Both the position numbers and the translations under genes were made by a program. Below the pieces are notes generated by a model that was given only the letters and a program-made list of their open reading frames with translations, was not told the origin of the DNA and did no database searches. A DNA stretch of 64,000 nt from Pristiophorus japonicus (lineage: Eukaryota). Location of the stretch: the NCBI RefSeq assembly GCF_044704955.1, contig NC_091984.1:179366001-179430000 (forward strand). Direction: 5' to 3'. The first letter of the stretch is position 1; the number at the start of each line of letters is the position of its first letter. Of this stretch, positions 62,290-64,000 are shown piece by piece.

Positions 62290-62905
62290 TGTTCATATAA
62301 TTCAACATTCATCTCCTATCTCGGCCCCTGTCACAGCTCATTTTCTCTTAAAACTTTCATCCATGTCTTTGTTAGCTCAACACTCAACTGTCCCAAAGCT
62401 CTCCTTGCACTCGGCATAAACTTGGGCTTATTGAAACTCTGCTCCCCGTATCATAACTCCCGTAAGTCCCCAACCATCATCACGATGCTTGCTGAAATAC
62501 AGTGGGTCTTGGTCCAGCAATGCCTCGATTTAAAAATTCTCACCCTTTTATTCAAATCCATCCACGATCTCGCCCCTCCATGTCTCTCGAACCTTCTCCA
62601 GCCCTACAATGCTCTGAGATCTCTGTAATCCTCCACATCTGGCCTTTTGAGCATCCCTATTTTAATCGCTCCAGCACTGGCTTCATGCCTTCAGCTGTCC
62701 ATAGCTCTGAATTTCCCTCCCTGAAAATCTCCGCCTCTCTTCTAGTCTCTCTTTCTTTGAGATACTTCTTAAACGTACCGCTTTCACCAACGTTTTGGTC
62801 ACCTGGCCTAATATCTCCTTATGCGGCTGTGTGTCAAATTGTGTTTTATATCTCTCCTGCGATCTTGGGACATTGTACTACGCTACAGGCGTGATTCAAT
62901 ACAAA
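62290..62905 (+). mobile_element. Degraded L2 3' fragment
   Basis: FIHVFVSSTLNC...LKILTLLFKSIHDLAPPCLSNLL; similar to 33360-33960. Confidence 0.75.
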
Positions 62906-62908
62906 CTT

Positions 62909-64000
62909 GGCCTAGAAATTCGGGGGTCCAGCGCTGGCCGTTAAGGCGGTTTGAAGGGAAAATGACGGCATCCGCCATTTTGGGCAGGTCGGCAGTGCCG
63001 CAATTCCTTGCGCTGGGCTGCAGAGATGTCGATTAGGCTGATCGTGACGACACTGAGTGTGCAAAGCTCACTTGATGCCAGATCTGCGGTTTTCACGGTC
63101 GCCAATCCACTTCTCAGTCTGCGTAAGTCACAACCAACGCGTTCATCAGCAGGAAGGAGGCTCCAGCAGTGGTACTTGAAGGGATCATCATCAACAACTT
63201 GCAACTGACATGTTTTTTCAGTTTGACTGGCTCTATGTCACTGTCTGCAATTTCTGTAGCTTTCTCAACTTGTTTCAAGTTCCTGAGGTGATAGGAAGTG
63301 TTGGTTCAAGTTACGAATGCCTTCATTCTCATTTAAAGGCTTCGGCTCATACAAATTTCTCACCAAAGGGATGATCACAGCACTGTGCCACCGTCTGCAA
63401 CCAGACATGCTGAATTAGTGCAGGCAGCCACAGCTCTCCCAATGGCTCTTAAGGTCACCGTAGCCCTCAGCTTTTTCGCCCGCAGATCCTTCCCGTCTGC
63501 AAGAGGAGACATAGCTAAAATCGCCCATTGCACCATACATCACTGCATCCGGGAGGTCACAGAGGCGTTCTACCACAGGAGAATGGATTATATTGTCTTC
63601 ACTCTAAATAGAGAGCAGCAGGAGGAGCCGGCATGTGGCTTGAAGCAGATCATTGGGGAGTTCAAGTAACAGTTCCACTGCCTTAACCACTCGACAGGAG
63701 CCTACCAGTGCTCGGCGAAGCAGGTGTCCCATTTCCTGGTGGTCTACTACATGCTTCACAACATGGCTAAGATGAGTGTGAAGCCTTTGCGTGAGGGATT
63801 GCAGGACCACCTCAGGAGGAGGAGGAGGAGAGGAAGCAGACATCACTCTCAATGGGGGAGGCTGCAGAAGGCCTTGTCAGCCGACCTCAATCAGCTGTGG
63901 GCCAAGAAGGCCCAGTTGTATATGGCACCCATCGTGACATCGGCGTCAGCAATTTGGGCCGGCTGGTTGACAGGCAGTGAGAAGGGCAATGGCAGAGTGG
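62909..64000 (+). mobile_element. Internally deleted PIF/Harbinger DNA transposon (HARBI1-like transposase remnants), runs off the window
   Basis: GGCCTAGAAATT terminus; ALKVTVALSFFA...GDIAKI...TIHHCIREVTEA N-terminal piece fused to EQIIG.FK..FHCL...MLHNMA C-terminal piece. Confidence 0.75.

Overview
Eukaryotic, repeat-dense genomic DNA, almost certainly from a cartilaginous fish (shark-type CR1, L2 and RTE LINEs, Deu-domain SINEs, Penelope fragments, cluster-type Ig genes). The only host genes are immunoglobulin light-chain clusters of the germline-joined lambda/type II kind. There is a pseudogene cluster (L-VJ-C, 22551-26396, +), an inverted orphan L-VJ pseudogene broken by an L2 (32613-34181, -), and an open-frame cluster (40754-45068, +) that has lost the C-terminal interchain Cys and has an extra Cys in CDR2. 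Two complete but defective proviruses flank them. (1) 6236-20003 (-) is a lokiretrovirus-like element with a coiled-coil Gag, YVDD RT, two RNase H domains, an integrase with a long repeated tail and a spliced Env of paramyxovirus/baculovirus F-like type. It is nested in a CR1 and is itself hit by a younger CR1. (2) 49424-59936 (+) is an epsilon/gamma-like ERV with three LTRs, UGA-CUA readthrough, a 2H-phosphoesterase-like insert between PR and RT and a gamma-type env. All calls are from manual reading; no database searches were run, and the ends of old repeats are approximate.
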